Shown: positions 46,378-56,807, counted from the stretch's first letter. The stretch is DNA of 64,000 bases from an uncultured Phaeodactylibacter sp. (GCA_964575505.1 CAZNSK010000001.1:83259-147258), one strand, 5' to 3'. The notes: a model not told the origin generated them from the letters alone. Program-made: numbers and translations.

Positions 46378-49095
46378 ATGATCGTGATATTTGGAATGGC
46401 GCTGGATGAGCTCCCCCTGCCGATGCCGGAAAAAAGCAGGGTAGGGGAAGCTCACTTCGGCCCGCAGGGGATATTGGTCTACCTGGAAAAGGCAATGGGG
46501 TTACCTGGTGCTCCCAGAGCACATGAATACCTCAGGATCGAACAGTACCGGCAGGCATTGGCGGCTTATTTGCAGGCCCGGCCGGATGCTTTTTTTAAAG
46601 CTTCCTTCTCCACCGACCCATTTGCAGTAGCTACTGATCTCCTGCAACGCCGGGACGAATTACTGCTGGCCGGTTGGGATTTCAAACGCACCCCCCATCT
46701 GCCGGAGCGCCTGCGCTGCCTGGCAGATATTGAGCACCAGCGGCAGAGCGGAGGTGCCAGCTTGGTCCTGGGGTACGCCGACCGCCTGTCGGGCGTGCTG
46801 AATAAAATACCGAATGAGCCCGCCGCTTTCCACCAGTTGAACCACTGCGAGCCGCGCCATCTGCTGCCGGTCGCTTACCGGCGCCTGTTGGATGCTTTAG
46901 AATCAGCGGGTGTGCGTATAGTGCCATGCCCGCTTCCTCAGCCCAAAGGCACCACTGACCTGGCCCGGTTGCAACGTAGCCTGTTGGCCGCCGAGCCGGC
47001 AGGAACGCCTGATCCAGTTGAATTGGCAGGGGATGGGTCACTGATTTTGTTAAACGGTCAGCGAGATACTGCATTATCTGCCTATTTTGCCCAGCTCCTG
47101 CGGCAAAATCCGGATTGGCGGCCAGCCCTCCTGCTGCCCTATCAAAGCCAGGTGCTGGAGCATGCATTGGAACAAGAGGGGCTGCCTAGCCTGGGGCTGC
47201 TTTCGGCCTCTCTGGCCCGCCCTACGCTGCAGGTCCTCAAGTTAGCCACTGTATTCCTCTGGGAGCCAATCGACCCCTACAAGGTCATGGAGTTTGTCTC
47301 CCTGGCGGTCAAACCTCTGGAAAGGGGGCTCGCCAACCGTATCGCCAACCTGATGGCGAGCCGGCCGGGCTTGTTTGGGGAGCAGTGGCGGAGCACTATC
47401 GCCGGCTACTTCAACGATTTGCGCGGCCGGGAGAAAGCTTCCGGCCAGGACAGCCTGGAGCGGGCCTCCTTTCAATACGACTTTTGGTTTCGACGGGCCC
47501 GCTACCACATCACAGGCACTGCTCCCAAAGCAGAAGCCATTAAAATATACAACTACATCCGGCAGTGGGCCCGTGAATGCTTCGAAGAGGAAGGCAATAA
47601 AAACGCTTCCCTGCTGGTGCTCAGCGAGCAGGCACAACGCATCGTCGCCCTTTTGCACGCCCTGCCGGAAGAGCAGCTCTCACCGCTGGAACTGGAACGA
47701 GTGGTGCGTACGATCTACGAACCCGCCCCTGTGCAGCTCAACCGGCGGGCCCAGGGCTTCCTGAGGCACGCTACTCTTCCGGGGGGCGTTATCGGGCCCG
47801 TAGCGCAACTGGTATGGTGGAACTTTGCCGAGCGTGAAAAAGACCACTTCTTCTCGCGCTGGTACGCGCCCGAGCGCGATTACCTCGCTAAAACGGGGGT
47901 AGAGCTAACCGGGCCGGGAGAAGAGAACCGTTTGCAGCTGTGGCAGCGCCGCCGCCCGCTTCTCTACGCCCGGGAGCAGCTGGTGCTGGTGGCGCCCGCC
48001 TTCATTAATGGCCAGGCTGTCAACCCCCATCCCCTGATGGGAGATTTGCAGGCAAAGTGTGCTAACCTGGAGGCCGTTACCTGCACCCCCGGAGGAGCAG
48101 AACTGCAAAAATGGATGGTGCCGCCTCAGCCCTCCTCGTTGCCGTGCCGGCAGTTGGGGCAGCCCCAGCCCTTTTTGCACCTCAAGCAAAGCCTCTTGGG
48201 AGCGGAAATGAGCACCGAAAGCGTTTCTTACAGCAGCCTTAGTGATTTATTTTACTACCCCTATCAGTGGGTGCTGAAGTACAAAGCCCAGCTCAGGCCC
48301 TCAGCTCTGCTCAGCATTGTAACAGAGCGGGCCCTGCTGGGCAATCTCGCCCACCGGTTCTTCGAAGAGTTGCTTCAGCAAAAAGAGGTCCACCAATGGC
48401 CCCAGCAACAGGTTGTCGCCTACCTGGAGGAAAAAGCCCTAGAACTGCTGCCACGGGAGGGGACTGTGCTGCTGATGTACGGCCGGGAGCCAGAGCGCGT
48501 CCGGTTTATCGAGCTCATCAAGCGATCGGCCTGGAACCTCATCCGCCACATCCAGGAAAATGGCTGGCAGGTACAATCGACCGAACAAAAACTGGAAGGC
48601 CGCTTCGGCGATTGCACCGTTACGGGATACGCCGACCTGGTCTTGCGCCGGGGGGACGAACGGGCCATTCTGGATTTGAAATGGTCGGGCCACCGTTACC
48701 GGGAAAGCTTGCTGCGCAATGAAGAGGACCTGCAGCTCGTGCTCTACGCGCGCATGATGGGAGGCGGGGGAGCACAGAGGGCTCATACCGCCTTCTACAT
48801 CATCAATAAGGGCCTCATCCTGGCGAGGAACACCGATGCATTCCAGGCGGCTCAGGCAGTGGTGCCCGAAGCCGATGCCCGGGAGGTCAGCAACCGCATT
48901 TGGGAACGTATGAAAAAAACCTTCCAATGGCGGCAATCCCAAATCGAGCAGGGCCTGGTGGAGGTCCGCTGCGGTGCTACCCTTGAGGATTTGGAAGACC
49001 AGTACGCCACGGAGCCGATGCTGGACCTGCTGGAGATGAAGGCCGAAGATGCGTCCTTCGATGAGTATAGGGTGCTCATTAACCTGATAGACTAG
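46378..49095 (+). CDS. AddB/RexB-like PD-(D/E)XK nuclease family protein (no Walker A seen)
   Basis: ~905 aa (ATG 46378, or TTG 46369). The C-terminal RecB-type nuclease motifs are GYADLVLRRGDERAILDLKWSG and EEDLQLVLYARM (QxxxY). Confidence 0.7.
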   Translation: MIVIFGMALDELPLPMPEKSRVGEAHFGPQGILVYLEKAMGLPGAPRAHEYLRIEQYRQALAAYLQARPDAFFKASFSTDPFAVATDLLQRRDELLLAGWDFKRTPHLPERLRCLADIEHQRQSGGASLVLGYADRLSGVLNKIPNEPAAFHQLNHCEPRHLLPVAYRRLLDALESAGVRIVPCPLPQPKGTTDLARLQRSLLAAEPAGTPDPVELAGDGSLILLNGQRDTALSAYFAQLLRQNPDWRPALLLPYQSQVLEHALEQEGLPSLGLLSASLARPTLQVLKLATVFLWEPIDPYKVMEFVSLAVKPLERGLANRIANLMASRPGLFGEQWRSTIAGYFNDLRGREKASGQDSLERASFQYDFWFRRARYHITGTAPKAEAIKIYNYIRQWARECFEEEGNKNASLLVLSEQAQRIVALLHALPEEQLSPLELERVVRTIYEPAPVQLNRRAQGFLRHATLPGGVIGPVAQLVWWNFAEREKDHFFSRWYAPERDYLAKTGVELTGPGEENRLQLWQRRRPLLYAREQLVLVAPAFINGQAVNPHPLMGDLQAKCANLEAVTCTPGGAELQKWMVPPQPSSLPCRQLGQPQPFLHLKQSLLGAEMSTESVSYSSLSDLFYYPYQWVLKYKAQLRPSALLSIVTERALLGNLAHRFFEELLQQKEVHQWPQQQVVAYLEEKALELLPREGTVLLMYGREPERVRFIELIKRSAWNLIRHIQENGWQVQSTEQKLEGRFGDCTVTGYADLVLRRGDERAILDLKWSGHRYRESLLRNEEDLQLVLYARMMGGGGAQRAHTAFYIINKGLILARNTDAFQAAQAVVPEADAREVSNRIWERMKKTFQWRQSQIEQGLVEVRCGATLEDLEDQYATEPMLDLLEMKAEDASFDEYRVLINLID

Positions 49096-49564
49096 GCCCG
49101 GTGGTTTTAGCTTGTGAGCTTGGTACTGATGATGAGCCTGGAATCTAGACTAGCCCCCTTTAAGTAGCGGGAATTTCACTTGACTACTTTTTTTATAGAA
49201 AAAAATATAATAACTTGCCAATCGTAAAAGCTCAGGCGCATTTCGCAGAAGCCAGAGTGTATGTTAGCCTCTTTTAAGAAACCTACGCGTTGTTCCTACG
49301 TATAACGAACGGGAATCTTAGCCCTGAGCGGTTTCTCGTACCATTACCCCTCAATTGTAATGAACTCATTGTTTCGCTAACTCTTTTGCCGTTGCGGATT
49401 GCAAAGGGCAAACTGGTTAGCCTGAGATGTTTTATTTCATAATTCCAAAGTAACTAACTATTCGTTTTAGAGGCTTTGGGATGGCATAGGGTAAAGGCAG
49501 CAGCACCGCTGTTCCTTTATCGTCTCCTGATACCGCTAAAATTAATGTAAAACCGCAATCACCT

Positions 49565-52500
49565 ATGAAGGTCAAACGTCTACTTATCGGGATGCTGGCG
49601 CTACTGCTTTCCGCCACCGCAGCTCTGGCGCAGTTCCCAGTGAATTGTATTGATAATGCAACCATATCGTTGCGAGGTGGAGGAACAGAGATCATCACCT
49701 GCGAAGGGGATGGCCTGGCGGAGACCTACGACTTCAGAACAAGCACCCTCGCTATGCCTTTTGCTTTCCTGATCACGGATGAAAACAACATCATCCTTGA
49801 GGTTAGCATCGACAATACCCTTAGCTTCGAGGGGTTGGGCGTTGGCAATTACCGGGTTTGGGCTTTTTCCTGGTTGGGGCAAATAACTGCCGAACCCGGC
49901 CAAAATGCCGAGACAGCAGACCTGGCCTCCATCTGCGGCAACCTAACCACCAACTTCATACCGGTCATCAATTACGTGCCCGATGGGGGAATGGTTAGCA
50001 CCGAAGCAGGCAGCACTTCCGTTTTCATCTGCCCGGATGACGGGATTTCCGATGTGCTCTCCTTTGCTTCCACCGGCGATATGACTGCCGGCTATGTCTA
50101 CCTCCTGACGGGCCCGGATAACACCATTATCGAAGTCATTGATGGCAACAGCTACGACTTCGACTTGCTTGAAGAGGGCAACTATCGGGTGTGGGGGCTT
50201 GCCTACGCAGGTGGGCTTCTGGCCCAGGCGGGCGATAATGCAGCTGCCACTCAACTCGCAGAGGAGTGCTTCAGCCTCTCAGACAACTTTGTGGATATCT
50301 CCCGTGCCCTGCCTGATGGCGGCACGGTCGCCTTGGAGGACGGCACTACCGAAGCCCTGGTTTGCGTCAATGACGGGCTGCCCGACGAGCTGGTCTTTAC
50401 CAACCAGACGATGGCGACAGCACCCTACGCCTACCTGGTCACCGATGAGGACAACACCATCCTCAGCGTTGTCAGCGGCAACAGCTTTGACTTCGAAGAT
50501 GCACCCACCGGCATTTGCCGGGTATGGGGGCTTTCTTATACTGGCATGCTGACAGCAACTGAGGGAGAGGACGCTGCAGCCACCGATCTCTCCGATGGCT
50601 GTTTCAACCTTTCTGATAACTTCATCGTAGTAGACCGGCAAGAAGCTGATGGGGCTACCGTACGCCTGGATGATGGCGGGGTGGAAACCTTCGCTTGTGT
50701 CGGCGATGGCGTACCGGATGAAATCGGTTTTGTCAATACTTCCGGTGGAGCTGATGCCTACACCTATTTAATTACCGATACTGATAACAATATACTCGCA
50801 CTTGCACCGGATGGCAGCTTCGACTTTGAGGGCGCCGATGTCGGCATTTGCCGGGTATGGGGCTTAGCCTACGGCGGCAACCTCCTCGCCGAAGTCGGGG
50901 ACAACGCAGCCACTGCCGTACTGGCTGATGGTTGTTTTGGCCTGTCTGAAAACTTCATTACCGTGCGCCGGGAATCGGTAGAGGGTGGCACCGTGGCCGC
51001 AGTCAGTGGGCTTGACCCCATTATCGTTTGCCCGGACGGGACTCCAAATGTAGTGGAGCTGACCAACACCGGCAGCACGACCGGGGAATACGTCTACGTA
51101 ATCACGACCGATGAGCTGATAATTGTTGACTTGGCTGATGGCGACAGCTACGACTTTGATGCCCTGGATGTGGGCATTTATTACGCATGGGGGCTGGCCT
51201 ACACCGGCAGCCTTACTGCCAGTGTGGGGGACGATGCCTCCGCTGTGGTTTTATCTGACGAATGTTTTGATCTGTCCGACAACTTCGTAACCGTAATCGC
51301 GGAAACCCCGGAGGGCGGCAGCGTATCTACTGAAGCGGGTGAACAAACCGTTTACACTTGCCCGGGCGATGGCGTTGCGGACGTCATTCGTTTCGACAGT
51401 GCTGGTACTTCTCAGGGGGCTTACACCTATGTGGTAACGGATGAAGCCAATGTTATCCTGGCGCTGCCGGGTGGCGATGCATTTGATTTCGACGGTGCTC
51501 CTGCAGGCATCTGCCGGGTATGGGGCCTGGCTTATGCGGGTAACATCACTGCCGAAGTGGGCGATACTGCCTCGGCTGTAGCGCTTGCTGATGAGTGCTT
51601 TGACCTCTCTGATGATTTCATCACGGTCGTCCGGGAAACGCCGGAAGGCGGGGCGGTCAGCCTGGAAGATGGCAGCACGGAAGCCTTTACCTGCCCCGGA
51701 GACGGCATGGCGGATGTGCTGGATTTTGATAGCACAGGCACTTCCTCCGGCCCTTACGCTTACGTGATCACGGATGAAGCGAATGTCATCTTGGATTTCG
51801 CAACCGGCGACAATTTTGACTTTGACAGTGCTCCGGCCGGTACCTGCCGGGTATGGGGCTTAGCTTATACGGGTAATGTCACTGCCATGGTAGGCGATAC
51901 CGCTTCGGCAGTTGCCCTCACCGATGATTGTTTCGACCTGTCCGACAATTTCATCACCGTAGTCCGGGAAGTGCCGGTTGGTGGTACCGTTGAACTGGAA
52001 GGCGGCGGCAACCTGGCCTTTATCTGCCCGGAAGACGGTTTGCCCAACGTTCTGTCCTTCGACAGCTCCGGCGTGGTAGGCCCTAACTTCATTTATGTGG
52101 TGACCGATCAGCAGAACATCATTTTGGATGCTTTCCCGGTTGATGTCTACGACTTTGAAAGTGATTCCACGGGTATCGTACGGGTATGGGGCCTGGCTTA
52201 CACCGGCAACCTGATTGCCGAGCCAGGGGACACGGCTTCTACAGCCACCCTGAGCGACGATTGCTTTAGCCTCTCGGCTAACTTTGTAGACGTAATCCGG
52301 GAAGTGCCCTTTGGTGGAGAGGTGGCTACCGAAGACGGAGCAACCACTGTTTATACCTGCCCGGGCGATGGCAACCCTGATCTGGTCTCCGTTGACAGCT
52401 CCTTTGCTGCAATTACGCCCTTTACCTACGTGATTACCGATGAGGATAACGTCATTCTTGACTTGCCCGGCGGCGACACCTTCGACTTTGATGGCGCCCC

Positions 52501-55500
52501 GGCTGGCAATTGCCGGATATGGGGGCTTTCCTATGTCGGCAATATTACAGCTGAGGTAGGAGATACGGCCTCTGCCGTTGCGCTGACGGATGAATGCTTC
52601 GACCTTTCGGACAACTTCATCACCGTGGTCCGGGAAGTACCGGAAGGGGGCACCGTAGCCATGCCTAACGGAGAAACCTTGCGCTATACCTGCCCCGGTG
52701 ACGATGTGGCGGATCTGGTAATGGCCGACAGCAGTAATACTTCTGCTGGCCTTTACACTTACGTCATCACGGATGAGAATAACGTTATCCTTGACCTGCC
52801 GGGCGGGGATACTTTCGACTTTAATGATTCCCCAACTGGCGTTTGCCGGATCTGGGGACTGGCCTATACCGGATCGGTCACTGCCAATATCGGGGATGAT
52901 GCTGCGGCAGTACCCCTGAGCGACGATTGTTTTGACCTTTCGGATAACTTCATCACGGTTGTCCGTGAAGTGCCGGAAGGCGGTACCGTGGCTACGGAAA
53001 GCGGCTCCACTGAGTTGACCATATGCCCAAGCGACGGCAATCCGGACGTGGTCGCCTTCGACAGCACCGGCACAGCGGGGAATTACACCTATGTGTTGAC
53101 CGACACCAACAACGTTATCGTTGACTTGATCAGCAGCGATACTTTCGACTTTGACCTGGGCGGCACAGGGGTGAGCCGGGTCTGGGGCCTGGCTTATACC
53201 GGCAGCATCACCGCAGCCGCGGGTGACAACGCGGCGGATGTAGACCTTAGTGACGACTGCTTCGACCTATCGGATAATTTCATTACAGTAATCCGGGAGG
53301 TACCTAATGCCGGAGTGGTCCGGATTGAGGGCGGCGCGCTGGAAGTCTACGCTTGCCCAGGCAACGGTATTGCAGACTTGGTCCGGTTGGATAGCGCAGG
53401 CGTCACCGGTGATTTTGTCTACCTGCTTACGGATGAAAATGGCATCGTACTGACCACACTCACTGAAGATGAGGTAGATTTTGAGGGCTTCGCCGAAAAT
53501 AACTACCGGATTTACGGATTGGCGTATTCCGGCAACCTTGCCCCTGTCCTCATAGGGGCCGACGTAAATAGCGATGTCTTATCCGATGACTGCTACGCCG
53601 TATCCATGAATTTCGTTTCTGTATTCAGCCAGGTGCCGGAAGGCGGCATGGTGATGACCGCAGAGGGGGCGACTGAACTCGTCACCTGCCCGGGGGATGG
53701 CGAGCCGGACGTCGTTAGCTTTGACAGCACGGGCACGGCCGGCCTTTACGCCTATGTGCTGACCGATACGAATAATGTGATCATTGACCTGATCAGTGGT
53801 GACAACTATGATTTCGAAACGCTTGGAGAAGGCGTCAGCCGGGTGTGGGGATTGGCCTACACGGGCAATATCACTGCGGAGGCTGGTGATGATGCCGGGG
53901 TTGTTGCACTGACCGATGATTGCTTCGATCTTTCCGATAACTTCGTCACGATTTCCCGGCTTGAGCCGGATGCCGGTGCCATTGGCACAGTAGCTGGCCC
54001 AATTAGCCTCGACTTATGCGTAGGTGATGGTGTTCCGGATTCCGTTGTATTCGAAGTTACCGGAGCTACCGATAACCCCTACGCCTTCCTGATTACGGAT
54101 GAGAATGACTTCCTGGTCAGTTCCATCGGAGCTTCCTTCGACTTTGAAAATATTCAGCCGGGCAGCTACCGCATTTATGGCTTATCCTACACCGGGCAGA
54201 TTTCGATACTTCCAGGCGCCAATATTTTCACAGACCCCATCACCGACGACTGCTTTGACCTGACGGGCCAATTTGTCCAAATTAATGCAGAGGGTGTGAA
54301 CGGCGGAACTGTATTTACAGACCTTGGCCTTGGCTTAGATGTTATCAGCGTTTGCCAGGGCGATGGCGAGCCGAATATCATCACCTTCTTTAACAGCTTC
54401 TCCGCTCCGGATGCCAACTACACCTACGCACTGACCAACGAAAACGGCATTATTCTCGGGTTTGTACCCGGTGGCAATATGTTTGATTTTGAGACCTCAG
54501 GCACGGGCATCGCCCAAATATGGGGTATATCCTACACGGGCAGCCTGCTTGCCGGGCCGGGCCAGGTCATTACGGAAGCCCAGCTGTCAGATGGCTGCTT
54601 TGACCTGTCCGACAACTTCATCACCGTGCTTCGGGACCAGCCTGAGGGCGGCTCCCTGACAACGGGCACCGGCGAGACCGATCTGCTGGTCTGCCTTGGC
54701 CCAACGGATGGCACCGTCGAATTTGTGTCCACCAGCACTTCCTTCAACAGCTACCTCTACTTGCTGACCGATGAGAACAACGTCGTGATCGACACCATTG
54801 AGAGCAGTAGCTTTAACTTTGCACAATTGCCGGAAGGCGTCTACCGGGTTTGGGGCTTGTCCTACAGCGGGCAACTGGCAGACCTGATCGGGGAAGACGC
54901 GGCGGCGATTGATCTTTCTACAAGCTGCTTTGAGCTGTCGGAGAACTTCCTGACCATCACCCGGGGGCCGGCTGTAGACGGGGGCATGCTTTCAGAGGTG
55001 GGCGGAGCGGATACCGTATATCTGTGCCCAGGCGGCGCAGCGCCGGATTTTGTGGTGGTCTCAACGACCAGCCAGGATCCTATTTACCGGTACATTATCG
55101 CCAATGAAAATGATGAGGTGATCGTGGATGACATCGAATTGGATATCATCGACTTCGAGGGCGCTATGCCAGGCATCTATCACATCTGGGGCGTGAGCCT
55201 CGAAGGGAGCTTGAGCCTTGGGTTCGGTGACTCCCTGCCGGACACCCCGGCCTCCGAAGATTGTTTTGAATATTCAGAAAACTTCATCACGGTGATTTAC
55301 GAAGGCCCGGAAGCAGGTACTGTTTTCACGGAAAGTGGCGAAGATGAAATAACGGTAACGGTGGGCGATTCCATTCCGGATACAGTCTCCTTTGTCAGTA
55401 CCGGAGCCTCTATGAACCTGCCGTATCTGTACCTCGTTACCGATACCGCTAATCATATTCTGGATGTCGTCACAGGCAATACCTACAACTTTGAGAACAG

Positions 55501-55960
55501 CCCGGTCGGCACCTGCCGGGTTTGGGGCCTTTCTTATACTGGCAACCTGATGGCCTTCCCAGGCTCAGATGCAGGTGCGGATATGCTGAGTGACGACTGC
55601 TGGGATTTGACCGGCAATTTCGTTACGGTCAACCGCGTAGAGGAGCCAAGCATTGGCGGCAGAAGCACCGAACAGAAGCCGCAATTGGTGGAAGCCATTC
55701 GCAGCCTGGCGGTAGCGCCTAACCCTGCTGTGGAGGAGGTGACAGCCAATTTCTACCTGGATGAGGCCGCACAGGCGGAGAGCCTGATACGGGTGATCAA
55801 CAGCCAAGGCCAGGTGGTGGAAAGCGCCCGCCTGCAAACCACACCAGGCATGAACCAATACGCGTTCGAAGTGGCTGGCTGGGCACCGGGCTTGTACGTG
55901 GTCTTGCTCCATAATGGAGCGCACGAACAGGCCGTGAAAGTACTCGTGGCCCGGCGGTAA
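49565..55960 (+). CDS. Giant (2131 aa) secreted tandem-repeat protein with T9SS type A C-terminal sorting domain
   Basis: Signal peptide MKVKRLLIGMLALLLSATAALAQ, then 18 repeats. The C-terminus ...LAVAPNPAVEEVTANFYLDEA...INSQGQVVESARL...GLYVVLLHNGAHEQAVKVLVARR matches the Por/T9SS CTD pattern. Confidence 0.9.
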   Translation: MKVKRLLIGMLALLLSATAALAQFPVNCIDNATISLRGGGTEIITCEGDGLAETYDFRTSTLAMPFAFLITDENNIILEVSIDNTLSFEGLGVGNYRVWAFSWLGQITAEPGQNAETADLASICGNLTTNFIPVINYVPDGGMVSTEAGSTSVFICPDDGISDVLSFASTGDMTAGYVYLLTGPDNTIIEVIDGNSYDFDLLEEGNYRVWGLAYAGGLLAQAGDNAAATQLAEECFSLSDNFVDISRALPDGGTVALEDGTTEALVCVNDGLPDELVFTNQTMATAPYAYLVTDEDNTILSVVSGNSFDFEDAPTGICRVWGLSYTGMLTATEGEDAAATDLSDGCFNLSDNFIVVDRQEADGATVRLDDGGVETFACVGDGVPDEIGFVNTSGGADAYTYLITDTDNNILALAPDGSFDFEGADVGICRVWGLAYGGNLLAEVGDNAATAVLADGCFGLSENFITVRRESVEGGTVAAVSGLDPIIVCPDGTPNVVELTNTGSTTGEYVYVITTDELIIVDLADGDSYDFDALDVGIYYAWGLAYTGSLTASVGDDASAVVLSDECFDLSDNFVTVIAETPEGGSVSTEAGEQTVYTCPGDGVADVIRFDSAGTSQGAYTYVVTDEANVILALPGGDAFDFDGAPAGICRVWGLAYAGNITAEVGDTASAVALADECFDLSDDFITVVRETPEGGAVSLEDGSTEAFTCPGDGMADVLDFDSTGTSSGPYAYVITDEANVILDFATGDNFDFDSAPAGTCRVWGLAYTGNVTAMVGDTASAVALTDDCFDLSDNFITVVREVPVGGTVELEGGGNLAFICPEDGLPNVLSFDSSGVVGPNFIYVVTDQQNIILDAFPVDVYDFESDSTGIVRVWGLAYTGNLIAEPGDTASTATLSDDCFSLSANFVDVIREVPFGGEVATEDGATTVYTCPGDGNPDLVSVDSSFAAITPFTYVITDEDNVILDLPGGDTFDFDGAPAGNCRIWGLSYVGNITAEVGDTASAVALTDECFDLSDNFITVVREVPEGGTVAMPNGETLRYTCPGDDVADLVMADSSNTSAGLYTYVITDENNVILDLPGGDTFDFNDSPTGVCRIWGLAYTGSVTANIGDDAAAVPLSDDCFDLSDNFITVVREVPEGGTVATESGSTELTICPSDGNPDVVAFDSTGTAGNYTYVLTDTNNVIVDLISSDTFDFDLGGTGVSRVWGLAYTGSITAAAGDNAADVDLSDDCFDLSDNFITVIREVPNAGVVRIEGGALEVYACPGNGIADLVRLDSAGVTGDFVYLLTDENGIVLTTLTEDEVDFEGFAENNYRIYGLAYSGNLAPVLIGADVNSDVLSDDCYAVSMNFVSVFSQVPEGGMVMTAEGATELVTCPGDGEPDVVSFDSTGTAGLYAYVLTDTNNVIIDLISGDNYDFETLGEGVSRVWGLAYTGNITAEAGDDAGVVALTDDCFDLSDNFVTISRLEPDAGAIGTVAGPISLDLCVGDGVPDSVVFEVTGATDNPYAFLITDENDFLVSSIGASFDFENIQPGSYRIYGLSYTGQISILPGANIFTDPITDDCFDLTGQFVQINAEGVNGGTVFTDLGLGLDVISVCQGDGEPNIITFFNSFSAPDANYTYALTNENGIILGFVPGGNMFDFETSGTGIAQIWGISYTGSLLAGPGQVITEAQLSDGCFDLSDNFITVLRDQPEGGSLTTGTGETDLLVCLGPTDGTVEFVSTSTSFNSYLYLLTDENNVVIDTIESSSFNFAQLPEGVYRVWGLSYSGQLADLIGEDAAAIDLSTSCFELSENFLTITRGPAVDGGMLSEVGGADTVYLCPGGAAPDFVVVSTTSQDPIYRYIIANENDEVIVDDIELDIIDFEGAMPGIYHIWGVSLEGSLSLGFGDSLPDTPASEDCFEYSENFITVIYEGPEAGTVFTESGEDEITVTVGDSIPDTVSFVSTGASMNLPYLYLVTDTANHILDVVTGNTYNFENSPVGTCRVWGLSYTGNLMAFPGSDAGADMLSDDCWDLTGNFVTVNRVEEPSIGGRSTEQKPQLVEAIRSLAVAPNPAVEEVTANFYLDEAAQAESLIRVINSQGQVVESARLQTTPGMNQYAFEVAGWAPGLYVVLLHNGAHEQAVKVLVARR
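49634..55648 (+). repeat. 18 tandem coding repeats of ~111 aa (~334 nt) of an unrecognised Cys-containing domain
   Basis: Each unit ends in a block like D-x-CF(D/S)LS(D/E)NF(I/V)(T/D)V.R(E).P(E/D)GG.V and contains C.GDG.PD, Y.Y(V/L).TD..N.I(L/I), FDF and R(V/I)WG(L/I)(A/S)Y(T/S)G. I counted 18 such unit boundaries in the translation. Confidence 0.85.
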
Positions 55961-55980
55961 TCCACCGTCTTAGCATAAGA

Positions 55981-56023
55981 AAACCGGCATCTGGGCAATC
56001 TGCTCAGGTGCCGGTTTGTTTTT
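55981..56023 (+). terminator. Rho-independent terminator of the giant repeat gene
   Basis: AAACCGGCA (55981-89) pairs with TGCCGGTTT (56009-17), followed by GTTTTT. Confidence 0.65.
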
Positions 56024-56198
56024 CCAGGAAAGTGCCTGCACGTCAGGCGGGAGTGCATAATTAACTGTGTCTACTGCAAAGCTACTGCTCCTAGTCAAGC
56101 TTTGCGCCCTCTCTGCCTACCAGCAGGTAGGTTCGCCTCTGCGTGCGGGACCCATTTTTGAACACTGCCCCCGAAGGTGCTTCCGGTATAGGATACGG

Positions 56199-56807
56199 CT
56201 AAAAATTATACGTCACCCCGAAGCGGATATCGAAAGGCGTCCGGAAGTCATTCTCGGGCAAGAGAACGTTGTACAAAATGTAGATATCGTAACCCCATAG
56301 CCCATTGCCATCGTTATAACCCGCCCCGACAAAGGCATTGCTGCGTATGCTCCGGAAGGTAGGGATTTCGTTATCCACAATCGGCCTGCCGTAGTCCAGG
56401 AGTTCCTGATTATCAGCCCCGTACTCCAAGTGGATGAAAAACCCCCGGATAACTTTGTAGCGGGTAAAGGCACCGATGCCGTAGTCCACCATATTGGCGC
56501 GCCCTACAGCCCCATTGCCAAGCTCTTGGCGGTAGTGGCTGTACAGTACGGAGAACCGGGGGCCAAAGGATAAATTCTCCGTAAATTTGTAGCCTACCAA
56601 GGGCGACAGGCCAATCTGGAAAAGGCTGTTGAAATTCCCTCCGCTGAACCCCAGGGCTATTCCTCCACCGTACCAAAGCTTATGCTTGAACCCCTGGCTT
56701 TCGTCGAAGTAGCGGTCTACATCACTGTTGCGCTGCGCCTGCACAGCTGTGAGGCTCAATGCCAGCAGGAGCATGGAAAGGAGGGCGAACTGCGAAAATC
56801 TATTCAT
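56199..56807 (-). CDS. Small outer-membrane beta-barrel (porin-family/OMP_b-brl-like) protein
   Basis: 202 aa with signal peptide MNRFSQFALLSMLLLALSLTAVQAQ, alternating strands, and a C-terminus ...FDIRFGVTYNF ending in Phe. Confidence 0.7.
   Translation of the reverse strand: MNRFSQFALLSMLLLALSLTAVQAQRNSDVDRYFDESQGFKHKLWYGGGIALGFSGGNFNSLFQIGLSPLVGYKFTENLSFGPRFSVLYSHYRQELGNGAVGRANMVDYGIGAFTRYKVIRGFFIHLEYGADNQELLDYGRPIVDNEIPTFRSIRSNAFVGAGYNDGNGLWGYDIYILYNVLLPENDFRTPFDIRFGVTYNF

Noticed and set aside
49601-55924. Recurrent ~70-aa minus-strand ORFs in the giant gene with near-identical sequences (…PSGTSRTTVMKLSERSKQSS…) and several plus alt-frame ORFs
   Set aside because: They recur only because they are the antisense reading of the conserved CFDLSDNFITVVRE…GG block in each repeat. 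They are not independent genes.
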